A DNA stretch of 64,000 nucleotides from a virus, in the UHGV virus genome UHGV-0038492, one strand, 5' to 3'. Numbering within the stretch: position 1 is the stretch's first letter; every line of letters starts with the position of its first letter. Shown one piece after another: positions 9,876 to 18,098 of the stretch. The position numbers and the translations under genes were made by a program. The notes below the pieces were generated by a model, which was given only the letters and a program-made list of their open reading frames with translations, was not told the DNA's origin and ran no database searches.

Positions 9876-10841
9876 TTAGCGCGGGCCTGAAGTTGGACCA
9901 TGTACACCGTCGTGGATGTGTACGCTGAAGGTAATACCGGAAATCACCGCATCCTTAACTGTAAAGACGCCCACACCTTCACCCGTACCACCGTATTTGA
10001 AGTTCTTAGCAACTTCCAAATTACCGGTGAACATCGCCTCATTACCTTCTTGCTTAAAGTTCGGCGTTTTATACGTTGTGGAACCAGAGGCTTCGGTTAG
10101 CCACGTTTCTGTTTTAAAGGTAACCGATTTCGACGCTTCGGTATTCCGAACTTCGCATTTCTCATTAATCGTTTTCGTTTCCAGGTTAATCGAACGTTTT
10201 GCGTAAATGAACGCATCTTCTTTGTTGATGTTCACCTTCGAAAGCATCGCGTTCTCAAAACCTAGATCGTCTTCCACCGAGTTAATGTAATACTTATTCC
10301 CTTTATGGTCAACGCACTGCCACGATCCGTTAGCGTTATCGAATTGGAATAACCACGCCGCTTTCTCCCCGTTCACCATGCTTGTTCTTAGGGTAACGTG
10401 TTTGTCAATCGTTGAGACGTTTAACACATACGCGTTCGACAAGTCATCCGCCATCTGGTTTTCAGGGTCAGCAGACCACGCGTAAACCGCATCCTCTAAT
10501 CGCTTAACGTTAGCGAAATTCAAATCAATCCAAAAATAAATATCGGTTTGCCCTAGACGTAGCAAGATAACGTAATCTTCACGCTTAACGTCTGGGGAAT
10601 TAATTCGGTTGGAATTAAACTTCCACCACTTTGCAGTAATCGTGTTACCGGTTTTAATCGTTAGGTTGTCGGTAGCACCCCCGGCTTCGTGTACCTTTTC
10701 AGCGGTTGAGGAAACCGATTGTACAACGGTAGGGTTCGCAAAGTTGGTTTCAATGGGAATAACACTCACCCGATCCGTACCACGAGGTTTATCTTCCGCG
10801 ACGATACCAATCGAGAAAAAGTCAACGCTGGATTTCTCCAT
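9876..10841 (-). CDS. hypothetical protein (321 aa)
   Basis: Track ORF; minus-strand ATG preceded by AAGGAA with 7-nt spacer. Confidence 0.65.
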   Translation of the reverse strand: MEKSSVDFFSIGIVAEDKPRGTDRVSVIPIETNFANPTVVQSVSSTAEKVHEAGGATDNLTIKTGNTITAKWWKFNSNRINSPDVKREDYVILLRLGQTDIYFWIDLNFANVKRLEDAVYAWSADPENQMADDLSNAYVLNVSTIDKHVTLRTSMVNGEKAAWLFQFDNANGSWQCVDHKGNKYYINSVEDDLGFENAMLSKVNINKEDAFIYAKRSINLETKTINEKCEVRNTEASKSVTFKTETWLTEASGSTTYKTPNFKQEGNEAMFTGNLEVAKNFKYGGTGEGVGVFTVKDAVISGITFSVHIHDGVHGPTSGPR

Positions 10842-10895
10842 TAGGTCGTTCCTTAGATCGGAAATGTAATCAGATATATTTTACTTAAGTGAATA

Positions 10896-10920
10896 GGGGC
10901 TGAACTCGCACTTCAGCCCC
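10896..10920. other. 9-bp stem-loop (GGGGCTGAA / TTCAGCCCC) in the divergent intergenic region
   Basis: Perfect 9-bp inverted repeat 10896-10904 / 10912-10920 with 7-nt loop; no adjacent T-run, so more likely a regulatory or processing structure than a terminator. Confidence 0.4.
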
Positions 10921-10973
10921 TATGGGCACGTTTCTTTCGAAACGGAGTTACCACGTGATTAGGAGACAGACCA

Positions 10974-11051
10974 ATGTCTACTGAGAAGAAAAGCGGATTG
11001 AACGAAGTAATCGTACTGTTCAAACGCGACAACCCGGCTATTCCTCGGTAA
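10974..11051 (+). CDS. small ORF (25 aa, MSTEKKSGLNEVIVLFKRDNPAIPR)
   Basis: ATG 10974 preceded by AGGAGA with 7-nt spacer; too short for the track; real-gene status uncertain. Confidence 0.2.
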   Translation: MSTEKKSGLNEVIVLFKRDNPAIPR

Positions 11052-11229
11052 TCATAGTATTACTTAAAATTTACAGATTATCCCTTTATTCTGCTACTCG
11101 GGATACCGGTAGGGGGTAGGGGGCAATATGTATACGGATATAAATAGCGGAGGTATACGTAGTATACCGACATACTCTTCCCAGAGGAACGTAGTGACTT
11201 CCTTATTCCTTTTTAGGAGAATAAACCCC

Positions 11230-11964
11230 ATGAGAGAATTGATTGACGATATCTTTACCAATACCAGTTTAGAACTTTCTTCTACGGTGGTTAACGATCT
11301 AATAGGACAACCGTATCCTGCTAAGTTAATGTCAGTCGGTACCATTAAACCTGAAGATTATCCAGACAATGACATTATCGACTGTATAATTGACGAATAC
11401 ACGATAGCCAGTTACGCCAGTCGGGTCTTCTTTGTTCTTAATAGCGAAACCAGTGTCATTTTAATCTATAAGTTGATTAGTGGTGCTGAACTTGAAGTTG
11501 TAGCCGACCACATTCGTCTTATTGCGAGCACGATTGATGATTTCGCTGATGCGCTTTTTGGAGACAGTTGGCCTTTGCAACCCCTCTTCTCTTACTTCCC
11601 TCTATTTAAACATGGAATAGGGTTAATCCGACATGCAGAAAACCTTCCCGATAACGTAGAGCTATCGCTGCTTGGACCCGGCATCGATCTTTATCCATTA
11701 GAAGACGAGGGCACGCTATATGGTTTGCGCATTTATGTTTCTGTGTTAGAGGGATACCGCGTTATTGAATTGATTGCATCAGATTTAGCAAAACAGATCC
11801 CTGAAGCAGAAACGATTTCTAAAGCCACCCACCTGGTTGAGTTTAACCCAGCCGATCCGTTATTAAAATATCACAAAGAAATTGACATTCGTAAAATCGC
11901 CACGGTAAGAGGGTGGGGTTGTGTTGAGATTACGAATAATAACCTGTTACTAGTACGTAAGTAA
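11230..11964 (+). CDS. hypothetical protein; divergent member of the GW...LLF C-terminal-module paralogue family
   Basis: Track ORF 11128-11964 trimmed to ATG 11230 preceded by AGGAGAATAAA; C-terminus IATVRGWGCVEITNNNLLLVRK aligns with the module of the next three genes. Confidence 0.6.
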   Translation: MRELIDDIFTNTSLELSSTVVNDLIGQPYPAKLMSVGTIKPEDYPDNDIIDCIIDEYTIASYASRVFFVLNSETSVILIYKLISGAELEVVADHIRLIASTIDDFADALFGDSWPLQPLFSYFPLFKHGIGLIRHAENLPDNVELSLLGPGIDLYPLEDEGTLYGLRIYVSVLEGYRVIELIASDLAKQIPEAETISKATHLVEFNPADPLLKYHKEIDIRKIATVRGWGCVEITNNNLLLVRK

Positions 11965-11987
11965 AAAACCTAAAAGGAGAATATACC

Positions 11988-12542
11988 ATGTTTCAAACTG
12001 AACTGAAAAATGAAATTATCCAATCCCTTGAAAAAGGCGTAGGCGAACATTTCTTTGTCTGTCCTTATACTGTACTGACCAATACCATTATTCAGCCAGG
12101 CGCGATGATAGTAGGGGTGAGTGTACAAGCTGTGGAGGAAACCCCGCTGCGTCGCAACATCACTCGTAAAAACCATATTCCATTTAGAACGGGTTTTACA
12201 GATTACTTTCAGAGCTTACTGAAAGATAGCGTTTGGAAAACAGGTAGTTTCTTCCACGAAGGGAAAACATCCACGCTGGTTTATAAAGAGAATACCAAGT
12301 ATCTGGTTGATTTTCTCTTAGCGCGTCAATACGCTTTCTTTCCTTCACCCACCGGTCTCACCCCAGACAATCCGAGTAAGCTGTTAAACCAAGACGAAGC
12401 CGAAGCACTGCGTGCACAACTAAGAAAAGAAGGTTGTGATGTCGATGACTGGGAAACGTTGATCGCAGTCGCTAAAGCACACGGTTGGTATACCGTGCGT
12501 AATCTCGGTCAGCAATTGTTGTTCTTAGCTTACCCTGCTTAA
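11988..12542 (+). CDS. hypothetical protein (184 aa); GW...QLLF module family
   Basis: Track ORF; RBS AAAGGAGAA; C-terminus IAVAKAHGWYTVRNLGQQLLFLAYPA. Confidence 0.75.
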   Translation: MFQTELKNEIIQSLEKGVGEHFFVCPYTVLTNTIIQPGAMIVGVSVQAVEETPLRRNITRKNHIPFRTGFTDYFQSLLKDSVWKTGSFFHEGKTSTLVYKENTKYLVDFLLARQYAFFPSPTGLTPDNPSKLLNQDEAEALRAQLRKEGCDVDDWETLIAVAKAHGWYTVRNLGQQLLFLAYPA

Positions 12543-12571
12543 GTAACGAAAAACCCTAAAGGAGAGTAAAG

Positions 12572-13723
12572 ATGCGAAATATTATTTCTAAACCAGGACA
12601 TGCCAAGATCCTAAAAGAACTGATGGACAGATGCTATAATCAGACTTGGCCTCTGCCAAGCTTAACCATCGAGTCTTCATTACAACGCGAGTTGTTTGGT
12701 TATAACTTGGGCTGCTGTGTACTGAGTGAATACGATGAGATTATCGCGCCTGTCGATGTTTGTACTTACGATGAAGAAATTGAAGGTTACCAGTTCGCGG
12801 TTTACTCAAATTGTGGACTAAATTACCGTAAACTCGTTGTTAGAGAAAAGAGTAGCGGCAGGAAGATTATGTTTAAGGTCTTCCCAAGTGGTAAAGTCAG
12901 CAATTTATGTTTTCAGCTTGAGCAAGTGCCGTTTCACGGTGCAGCTATTTTAACTAAAGCAGAACGTGCGTTATTAAGCGGGTTAATCGGCTTTGAAGCA
13001 AAAACCATCAAAGTAGAACAGGAACTCACACAAAACGATTTCGGCTCGACCTGGTACGAAAGTTTCTTCCGCTACGAAATATTAAGTGATAAAGCTATCA
13101 AACTCACTTACCGTTCTACCGACGATCTCGTTTACCATATTTTAGTTAGCGGTGAACCCCACCTGATTATTGAAGACAAAGGAGAAAATCAAATGTCTGC
13201 CTTAAAAGACGAATTAGCCCAATTCATTCGTGATGTTGAAGAGAAAAGCAAGAGCGATCACATTTTCTCACAACGTTATCCTGAACTTATTGACGAAACC
13301 ACCGATAGTGTCGTCGACGGTATACGCATTTTCCCAAGTGGTCTTGCAATTTACCGACTGCCTAGCGTTAACCAGCTTAAAGTCATGGAAATGCTAAAAG
13401 ACGTTTTAGCAGAAGCGGGTTGGGAATATCGCTTCGATTGCAATTTCGAAGGGATGGCGTTATTCGTTACAAAGAAAAATTATACGTTGTCAATCGATCT
13501 ACCTAAAAGTCAATATTACAGTTTCTTCCCGAAAGCGGATGACCGCACTGAAAAAGAACCTGCATTGTTACTTGATGCGGCAGAATCCAATACGCTAATG
13601 ATGCGTCTGCGGATGGTTGACAAAAAATTAAATACCGGTCATCTAACGACGATCGGTAAAGATTACGGTTGGAAATCTGTCGAACCGTACGGCAGTCAGC
13701 TGCTGTTTGTTGCTGACCTTTAA
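12572..13723 (+). CDS. hypothetical protein (383 aa); GW...QLLF module family
   Basis: Track ORF; RBS AAAGGAGAG; C-terminus TTIGKDYGWKSVEPYGSQLLFVADL plus a degenerate internal copy (LAEAGWEYRFDCNFEGMALFV). Confidence 0.75.
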   Translation: MRNIISKPGHAKILKELMDRCYNQTWPLPSLTIESSLQRELFGYNLGCCVLSEYDEIIAPVDVCTYDEEIEGYQFAVYSNCGLNYRKLVVREKSSGRKIMFKVFPSGKVSNLCFQLEQVPFHGAAILTKAERALLSGLIGFEAKTIKVEQELTQNDFGSTWYESFFRYEILSDKAIKLTYRSTDDLVYHILVSGEPHLIIEDKGENQMSALKDELAQFIRDVEEKSKSDHIFSQRYPELIDETTDSVVDGIRIFPSGLAIYRLPSVNQLKVMEMLKDVLAEAGWEYRFDCNFEGMALFVTKKNYTLSIDLPKSQYYSFFPKADDRTEKEPALLLDAAESNTLMMRLRMVDKKLNTGHLTTIGKDYGWKSVEPYGSQLLFVADL

Positions 13724-13749
13724 TAAGTGAAACTACACTTTCTCTAACT

Positions 13750-13775
13750 GCCGCGCTTTAGTCGCGGCTTTTGTT
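13750..13775 (+). terminator. intrinsic terminator (GCCGCG / CGCGGC stem + TTTTGTT)
   Basis: 6-bp GC stem 13750-13755 / 13763-13768, 7-nt loop, T-rich tail; between genes ending 13723 and starting 13791. Confidence 0.55.
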
Positions 13776-13790
13776 AAGAAGGAAATAGAA

Positions 13791-14564
13791 ATGAAAGTCC
13801 AATTAGACGACCTCTTTAAAACTGAACCGTATATGATTAAAGGTTCACTGGCTTCACTGTTGTTAGATGATAGATTTCATCGAACGCTCCAATTACAATC
13901 GGTCGAATCCGCACCAACAGAAGACGCGAGTCTTTATCAACGTATCACTTACACACGCGGAGAATATCGGCGATATAAACCTGATACGCTAACCGTTAAG
14001 CTCTGGCAAGTGGCCACAGGCAAAGTATTAACTTATCGCACTGTTGGTCTATACTACGTTGAACGTGCCTACGCGTGGTTAGAAGAAGTTAAAGAAATGG
14101 ATTACGACCGCTTAAGCAAAAGACTGCGCGATAACAACGCCAGTTTACCGATACGCAATTATTTCTCCACAATTGAAAATAGTCGTTGTTTCGTTTCACG
14201 CGAATCCATGATATTGCCTGGGGCTGATGTTCAGACGACACTAAAAGATGTGGTTGTGAGGAAAATCTTTCATGAATCTGAACACGTTGGATTTCGTATC
14301 TATTTAACGCACAAGAGGCCATTTACCGTGATTCATGTTGTTACCGTACCCGAAGGCTCATCAGTCGTTCGTGAGCTTCCTGACGCACGTGATCGTAGTC
14401 CTAATGAGCCACTTTACTTAATGTCAGGAACAAAATCAGAATCTTTGATGTCCCGTTACAGCATGGTTGATGTTGTTGATACTGCTATGAAGTTAGGTTG
14501 GAAAGAAGTACAGCAGCACGGCAAACAATTGCTGTTTATCGCAGATGTAAATCTCAATAACTAA
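13791..14564 (+). CDS. hypothetical protein (257 aa); GW...QLLF module family
   Basis: Track ORF; RBS AAGAAGGAAA; C-terminus VDTAMKLGWKEVQQHGKQLLFIADVNLNN. Confidence 0.75.
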   Translation: MKVQLDDLFKTEPYMIKGSLASLLLDDRFHRTLQLQSVESAPTEDASLYQRITYTRGEYRRYKPDTLTVKLWQVATGKVLTYRTVGLYYVERAYAWLEEVKEMDYDRLSKRLRDNNASLPIRNYFSTIENSRCFVSRESMILPGADVQTTLKDVVVRKIFHESEHVGFRIYLTHKRPFTVIHVVTVPEGSSVVRELPDARDRSPNEPLYLMSGTKSESLMSRYSMVDVVDTAMKLGWKEVQQHGKQLLFIADVNLNN

Positions 14565-14576
14565 AGAGGTGGTACC

Positions 14577-15155
14577 GTGTACCGATTAATAGAAATGAGA
14601 AAAGACGTTTGGTTGGAAAACCTCGTCGATGGGGAGCTCGAGGGAATAGAGCTTTCCTTACCAGAGAGAGCGGACACGGTATTGGCCTTTCTGGTAAAAC
14701 AGGCAGACCGTGAACCGGTAGGAATCTTCACTGTGGACTATAAAGATCCACGAGGAATTCATTTACGGAACATTTGCAGTGGTTTGGAAAGCTTACCGGC
14801 TAACCCTTTCTTAAACTACGCAAAACGTAAACTCCAACCGGGACAACACCTCTGGGTAACGTTATCGCCTGACGTTAGAATCATACGTGACGATTACTCG
14901 GCGTTTGTACAGGCAACGAAAGTCAGTCTGTATAACCCGAACGCAGAGCGTACCGATATGCCGTTTATAATTACCTTAGAAGACGATGGAACGCAAGAAG
15001 GTATTGAGGCAATTACGGAATTAGTAAACTCTTATCCGGTTGCCACTATCGAGTTAGAAAACCCAAGCCGACTACCGTTGGGTGACCTGCTCGAATGGAT
15101 CGAACTGAATACAGAATTCTTAATCAGTTCGCGTCAGTATCGATTCGATGTATAA
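14577..15155 (+). CDS. hypothetical protein (192 aa)
   Basis: Track ORF, GTG start preceded by AAGAGGTGG; followed by a strong terminator. Confidence 0.7.
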   Translation: MYRLIEMRKDVWLENLVDGELEGIELSLPERADTVLAFLVKQADREPVGIFTVDYKDPRGIHLRNICSGLESLPANPFLNYAKRKLQPGQHLWVTLSPDVRIIRDDYSAFVQATKVSLYNPNAERTDMPFIITLEDDGTQEGIEAITELVNSYPVATIELENPSRLPLGDLLEWIELNTEFLISSRQYRFDV

Positions 15156-15159
15156 CAAC

Positions 15160-15190
15160 GGTGGGGTGTAAGCCCCACCTTTTATTTTTT
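15160..15190 (+). terminator. intrinsic terminator (GGTGGGG / CCCCACC stem + TTTTATTTTTT)
   Basis: 7-bp stem 15160-15166 / 15173-15179, 6-nt loop, immediately followed by a T-run. Confidence 0.8.
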
Positions 15191-15195
15191 GTTCG

Positions 15196-15226
15196 CTGAC
15201 ATTAAAAATAATCTCAGATATATATT
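15196..15226 (+). promoter_or_regulatory. sigma70-like promoter candidate (-35 CTGACA, 17-bp spacer, -10 TATATA; also contains TATATTAC)
   Basis: CTGACA 15196-15201, 17-nt AT-rich spacer, TATATA 15219-15224; lies between the terminator at 15160-15190 and the first gene of the secreted-protein cluster; the polymerase that would use it is unknown. Confidence 0.35.
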
Positions 15227-15284
15227 ACCTAGGGGAGAGTTAAGATTAACTCTTTTACTTGTTAACCCCACGAGGAGCAAAACA

Positions 15285-15746
15285 ATGAAAATCTTCACTT
15301 CCTTTTTAATCGCCCTTTTCGCAATCGGATTCAATACTGCAAACGCTGCAATCAATAGTTGGGAACAATTACTGAACCCAGGTCAGGCTGTTTACGAAAT
15401 TGAAGACATCGCCGGAAACGGACTGTCTATCAACTGTGACACTGAAACTGCGAATCGCAAATTTTACGGTCGGATGGTTTGGTATTACGGGGAACCTGTA
15501 GGCGCAACTAACGCTGAAGATAACACGATGGATATCGTCGTAAATGGCAAAACCTACAACATCCCTACGGTGGATGGTAGTGACAAAGCAGAACACGCTT
15601 GGGTGGCTTTCGTTAATGCTATCGGTAACGCCAAAACTTTCAGTGTGAATATCAATGGTAACGAAGCCGCTAACTTTACCGTAGAAGGCGAACGTCTGTC
15701 TGAAACTTTCTTCCAGAACTGTGGACACACCCGTCCTAACAAATAA
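15285..15746 (+). CDS. small secreted protein 1 (153 aa precursor, Sec signal peptide)
   Basis: Track ORF 15189-15746 trimmed to ATG 15285 preceded by GAGGAG; N-terminus MKIFTSFLIALFAIGFNTANAA is a typical signal peptide; two Cys in the mature part. Confidence 0.7.
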   Translation: MKIFTSFLIALFAIGFNTANAAINSWEQLLNPGQAVYEIEDIAGNGLSINCDTETANRKFYGRMVWYYGEPVGATNAEDNTMDIVVNGKTYNIPTVDGSDKAEHAWVAFVNAIGNAKTFSVNINGNEAANFTVEGERLSETFFQNCGHTRPNK

Positions 15747-15768
15747 GTAATAATCTTTTTTAGAGTGC

Positions 15769-16161
15769 GTGAAAATGAATATCAGAACTATACTTTATAC
15801 CATCATTATTTTCTGTGCAGTCGGTATTACCGGCACTTATGCTTTCGGCGATTCGGACGTCCGCCATTACGAACCGGCTCCTGACTCACCCATTATCAAC
15901 CCGGATGAGTCACCTACGTTAATGCGTAGTTTCGGTAAACTGCAAGTTTATCGCTTAGTGCGTGGTGAAACGTGTACCGGATTACTCATTGCTGACACCC
16001 GTGCACAAGTCTATCAACGTCTGACGGATATCGCCTGCGAACAACCAAAAGTCATGTCGGTCAGTATTCATCCGTTAGAGGTCGGTAACTATACTGCTGT
16101 GGACTTCTTCCATAATGCAGAACTGATTGGCCGTATTACTTTAAATCGTAGCGCTGAATAA
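15769..16161 (+). CDS. small secreted protein 2 (130 aa precursor)
   Basis: Track ORF, GTG start; hydrophobic N-terminus ILYTIIIFCAVGITGTYAFG; two Cys in the mature part. Confidence 0.65.
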   Translation: MKMNIRTILYTIIIFCAVGITGTYAFGDSDVRHYEPAPDSPIINPDESPTLMRSFGKLQVYRLVRGETCTGLLIADTRAQVYQRLTDIACEQPKVMSVSIHPLEVGNYTAVDFFHNAELIGRITLNRSAE

Positions 16162-16179
16162 TTTAATGGAGAATTTACA

Positions 16180-16662
16180 ATGAAACGTTTACATACCCTG
16201 ATGTTCTTCGTGGCTATTCTGTTCACAGGCTTTACCTTTAACGCAGAAGCGGCTACCGTAAAACAAGCACTTAGCTGTAACCCGGAAGCCTGGGCTGAAC
16301 AACCTGGTGCGTGTCCTGATATCAATACGCTCTATACCGACGATGCTACTTATAAAGCCGCAATCGATAAAGCGTTGAAACCTGTCGGACTGGACGGAAT
16401 GTTCGGTAAAGATGGTGTGATGGATGGTCCTGGCAGTGATGTTATTCCTGTGAAAATCAACGGCAAAGTCTGGCTTGAAGCTACTGGTTGTAAAAGCAAC
16501 GCCTGTGGCTGGGAATATATCACAACGCTTTATAACCCGCAGACCCATGTCGTGGTAGGTTACTATTACAACGTCGACCCAGGTTACCTGGTTTGGTTCG
16601 GCGATATCGGCGTTAATGAATTCGCTTATCTGGTTAAGAAATACGTAGCTACGGTTAATTAA
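16180..16662 (+). CDS. small secreted protein 3 (160 aa precursor) with an Ivy-like C-K-x3-C loop
   Basis: Signal peptide MKRLHTLMFFVAILFTGFTFNAEA; mature part has GCKSNACGWEY, same Cys spacing as the CKPHDC loop of Ivy-family periplasmic inhibitors but without the His. Confidence 0.7.
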   Translation: MKRLHTLMFFVAILFTGFTFNAEAATVKQALSCNPEAWAEQPGACPDINTLYTDDATYKAAIDKALKPVGLDGMFGKDGVMDGPGSDVIPVKINGKVWLEATGCKSNACGWEYITTLYNPQTHVVVGYYYNVDPGYLVWFGDIGVNEFAYLVKKYVATVN

Positions 16663-16677
16663 TTTAAGGAGTCTATC

Positions 16678-17088
16678 ATGAAAACGTTTATCAAAACTTT
16701 ACTCGTTGCTGTAACTGTTCTGTTCTCTCTTAACGTGGCAGCAAAAACAGTAAAACTACCGGCGGGTATCAAATACGTCAACAGTACCGATGAATTCTAC
16801 TGCACAGAAATTGACGGTCTGTATTGCCAGACAAAGAATTTGTTTGAATACAAAGGTAACAGATATGTTTTCGTTGTTGAGCAAGGCGGTGCCTGGTGCT
16901 ACGACAGCCCTATGTCGGTACTCAACCTGGAAACTTGGAAAGCACAGAAAATTGAATACAAAGATAACCAACTGTGCTCAGGCGAAAACAAACCGTTCTT
17001 CAAAATCAAAAATGGTGTGCCGACTGTAGGTGTTATCGACACCTCTGGAGCACCAATCGTTGTAGCTCAGGACAAACTTAAAATCTAA
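16678..17088 (+). CDS. small secreted protein 4 (136 aa precursor)
   Basis: RBS AAGGAG; signal peptide MKTFIKTLLVAVTVLFSLNVAA; four Cys in the mature part. Confidence 0.7.
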   Translation: MKTFIKTLLVAVTVLFSLNVAAKTVKLPAGIKYVNSTDEFYCTEIDGLYCQTKNLFEYKGNRYVFVVEQGGAWCYDSPMSVLNLETWKAQKIEYKDNQLCSGENKPFFKIKNGVPTVGVIDTSGAPIVVAQDKLKI

Positions 17089-17098
17089 GGAGTAAACC

Positions 17099-17488
17099 AT
17101 GCGTCTTATCTGCGCTTTGTTGGCGTTTTTCTCAATCGGAGTTATGGCTTCTACACACATCGACGATTTATTACTTACCCCGGCAACGAACACAGACTAT
17201 CACTACAACCCACCGGGTTTTGAAGTCTGCGAAGGTGATGCAGGCGAATGCCAAGAAGTTGGCGCAGATGGACGCTATATACTCGTAAAAGCAGACGGCG
17301 GGACAACCTGCCCTGCGGGTTATTATTTCGTACTTGACTCTGTAGCAAAAGAGGTGCTTCCTGTAACGACCAAAACGTGTGACCCCACAGTTGTACTAAC
17401 GCTTGCGAAAAGCAAATCACGTGACCGTCATCTTATCGTCATCGAAGAACGCGGTGAGATGCTAGGTGCTATTGAATTAGATTACTGA
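17099..17488 (+). CDS. small secreted protein 5 (129 aa precursor)
   Basis: RBS AAGGAG; signal peptide MRLICALLAFFSIGVMAS; five Cys in the mature part. Confidence 0.7.
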   Translation: MRLICALLAFFSIGVMASTHIDDLLLTPATNTDYHYNPPGFEVCEGDAGECQEVGADGRYILVKADGGTTCPAGYYFVLDSVAKEVLPVTTKTCDPTVVLTLAKSKSRDRHLIVIEERGEMLGAIELDY

Positions 17489-17499
17489 TGTGTAGTCTT

Positions 17500-17548
17500 G
17501 ACCCCGGTTCGTGCCGATTCGTCCGGGGTCCTTTTTACGACTTGTTTT
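17500..17548 (+). terminator. intrinsic terminator (GACCCCGG / CCGGGGTC stem + CTTTTT...TTTT)
   Basis: 8-bp stem 17500-17507 / 17523-17530 with 15-nt loop, followed by a T-rich tract; closes the secreted-protein operon. Confidence 0.65.
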
Positions 17549-17567
17549 ACCTAAAGGAGAATTAAAA

Positions 17568-18044
17568 ATGCGTTTATCTAATGTTTATCAAGCAGCCCAA
17601 TTCCATCACGAACTGACGGCTAAGCCTGAATATATTCGCCACAACTTAACGGTGGCTTGGAAACTGTTATTGATTGCTGATGCTGCACGGCACAACGACC
17701 AGGAAACTATTATCAAAACTGTGCGTACTTTACGCCCTATTGACCTGGAAACGATTTGGTCGTTTGACTTAACTCGAATTTATCATCGTCGTTTTAATGC
17801 GGCGGTGGATGCTATACGTCCTTATTTCCACTATTTGCAAGCAACATCGGACTGTGGTCCATCCTTAGAGTGGGTCTTGGTACAAAGCGTATGGAGCGAT
17901 TACATTTATCTCCTATCTTTAGAGACGGGTGAATGCATTATCGCTAACGAGGTATTCTCAACCAACGCTGAAATGTATCGTTCCCACGCTACTATCCAGG
18001 GTGTCTCACAGCCTATCTTATCACTCACGCACTTAGGGCTGTGA
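17568..18044 (+). CDS. hypothetical protein (158 aa)
   Basis: Track ORF 17511-18044 trimmed to ATG 17568 preceded by AAAGGAGAA. Confidence 0.65.
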   Translation: MRLSNVYQAAQFHHELTAKPEYIRHNLTVAWKLLLIADAARHNDQETIIKTVRTLRPIDLETIWSFDLTRIYHRRFNAAVDAIRPYFHYLQATSDCGPSLEWVLVQSVWSDYIYLLSLETGECIIANEVFSTNAEMYRSHATIQGVSQPILSLTHLGL

Positions 18045-18052
18045 TTAGCCCG

Positions 18053-18080
18053 GCCCCGCTGTGTACGGGGCTTCTTTTTT
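18053..18080 (+). terminator. intrinsic terminator (GCCCCG / CGGGGC stem + TTCTTTTTTG)
   Basis: 6-bp GC stem, 7-nt loop, T-run. Confidence 0.7.
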
Positions 18081-18098
18081 GCCCAAGGAAACTGAAAC

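Noticed and set aside
9496-10206. Plus-strand ORFs opposite the DUF1471 gene and the 321-aa gene
   Set aside because: The minus-strand products have SD sequences and, for 9466-9675, a recognisable conserved domain; the plus ORFs have neither
10842-11229. tRNA genes in the longer intergenic regions (10842-11229, 9676-9875, 49687-50152)
   Set aside because: No conserved T-loop (GTTCRANYC) with flanking 5-bp stems and no cloverleaf-compatible arrangement found by eye; a tRNAscan run would be decisive
15189-15284. Upstream extensions of several track ORFs (15189, 11128, 17511, 36176, 44734, 18774, 23558)
   Set aside because: In each case an internal ATG or GTG with a well-spaced SD lies just after the upstream terminator or gene end; the extension would run through a terminator hairpin or overlap the preceding gene
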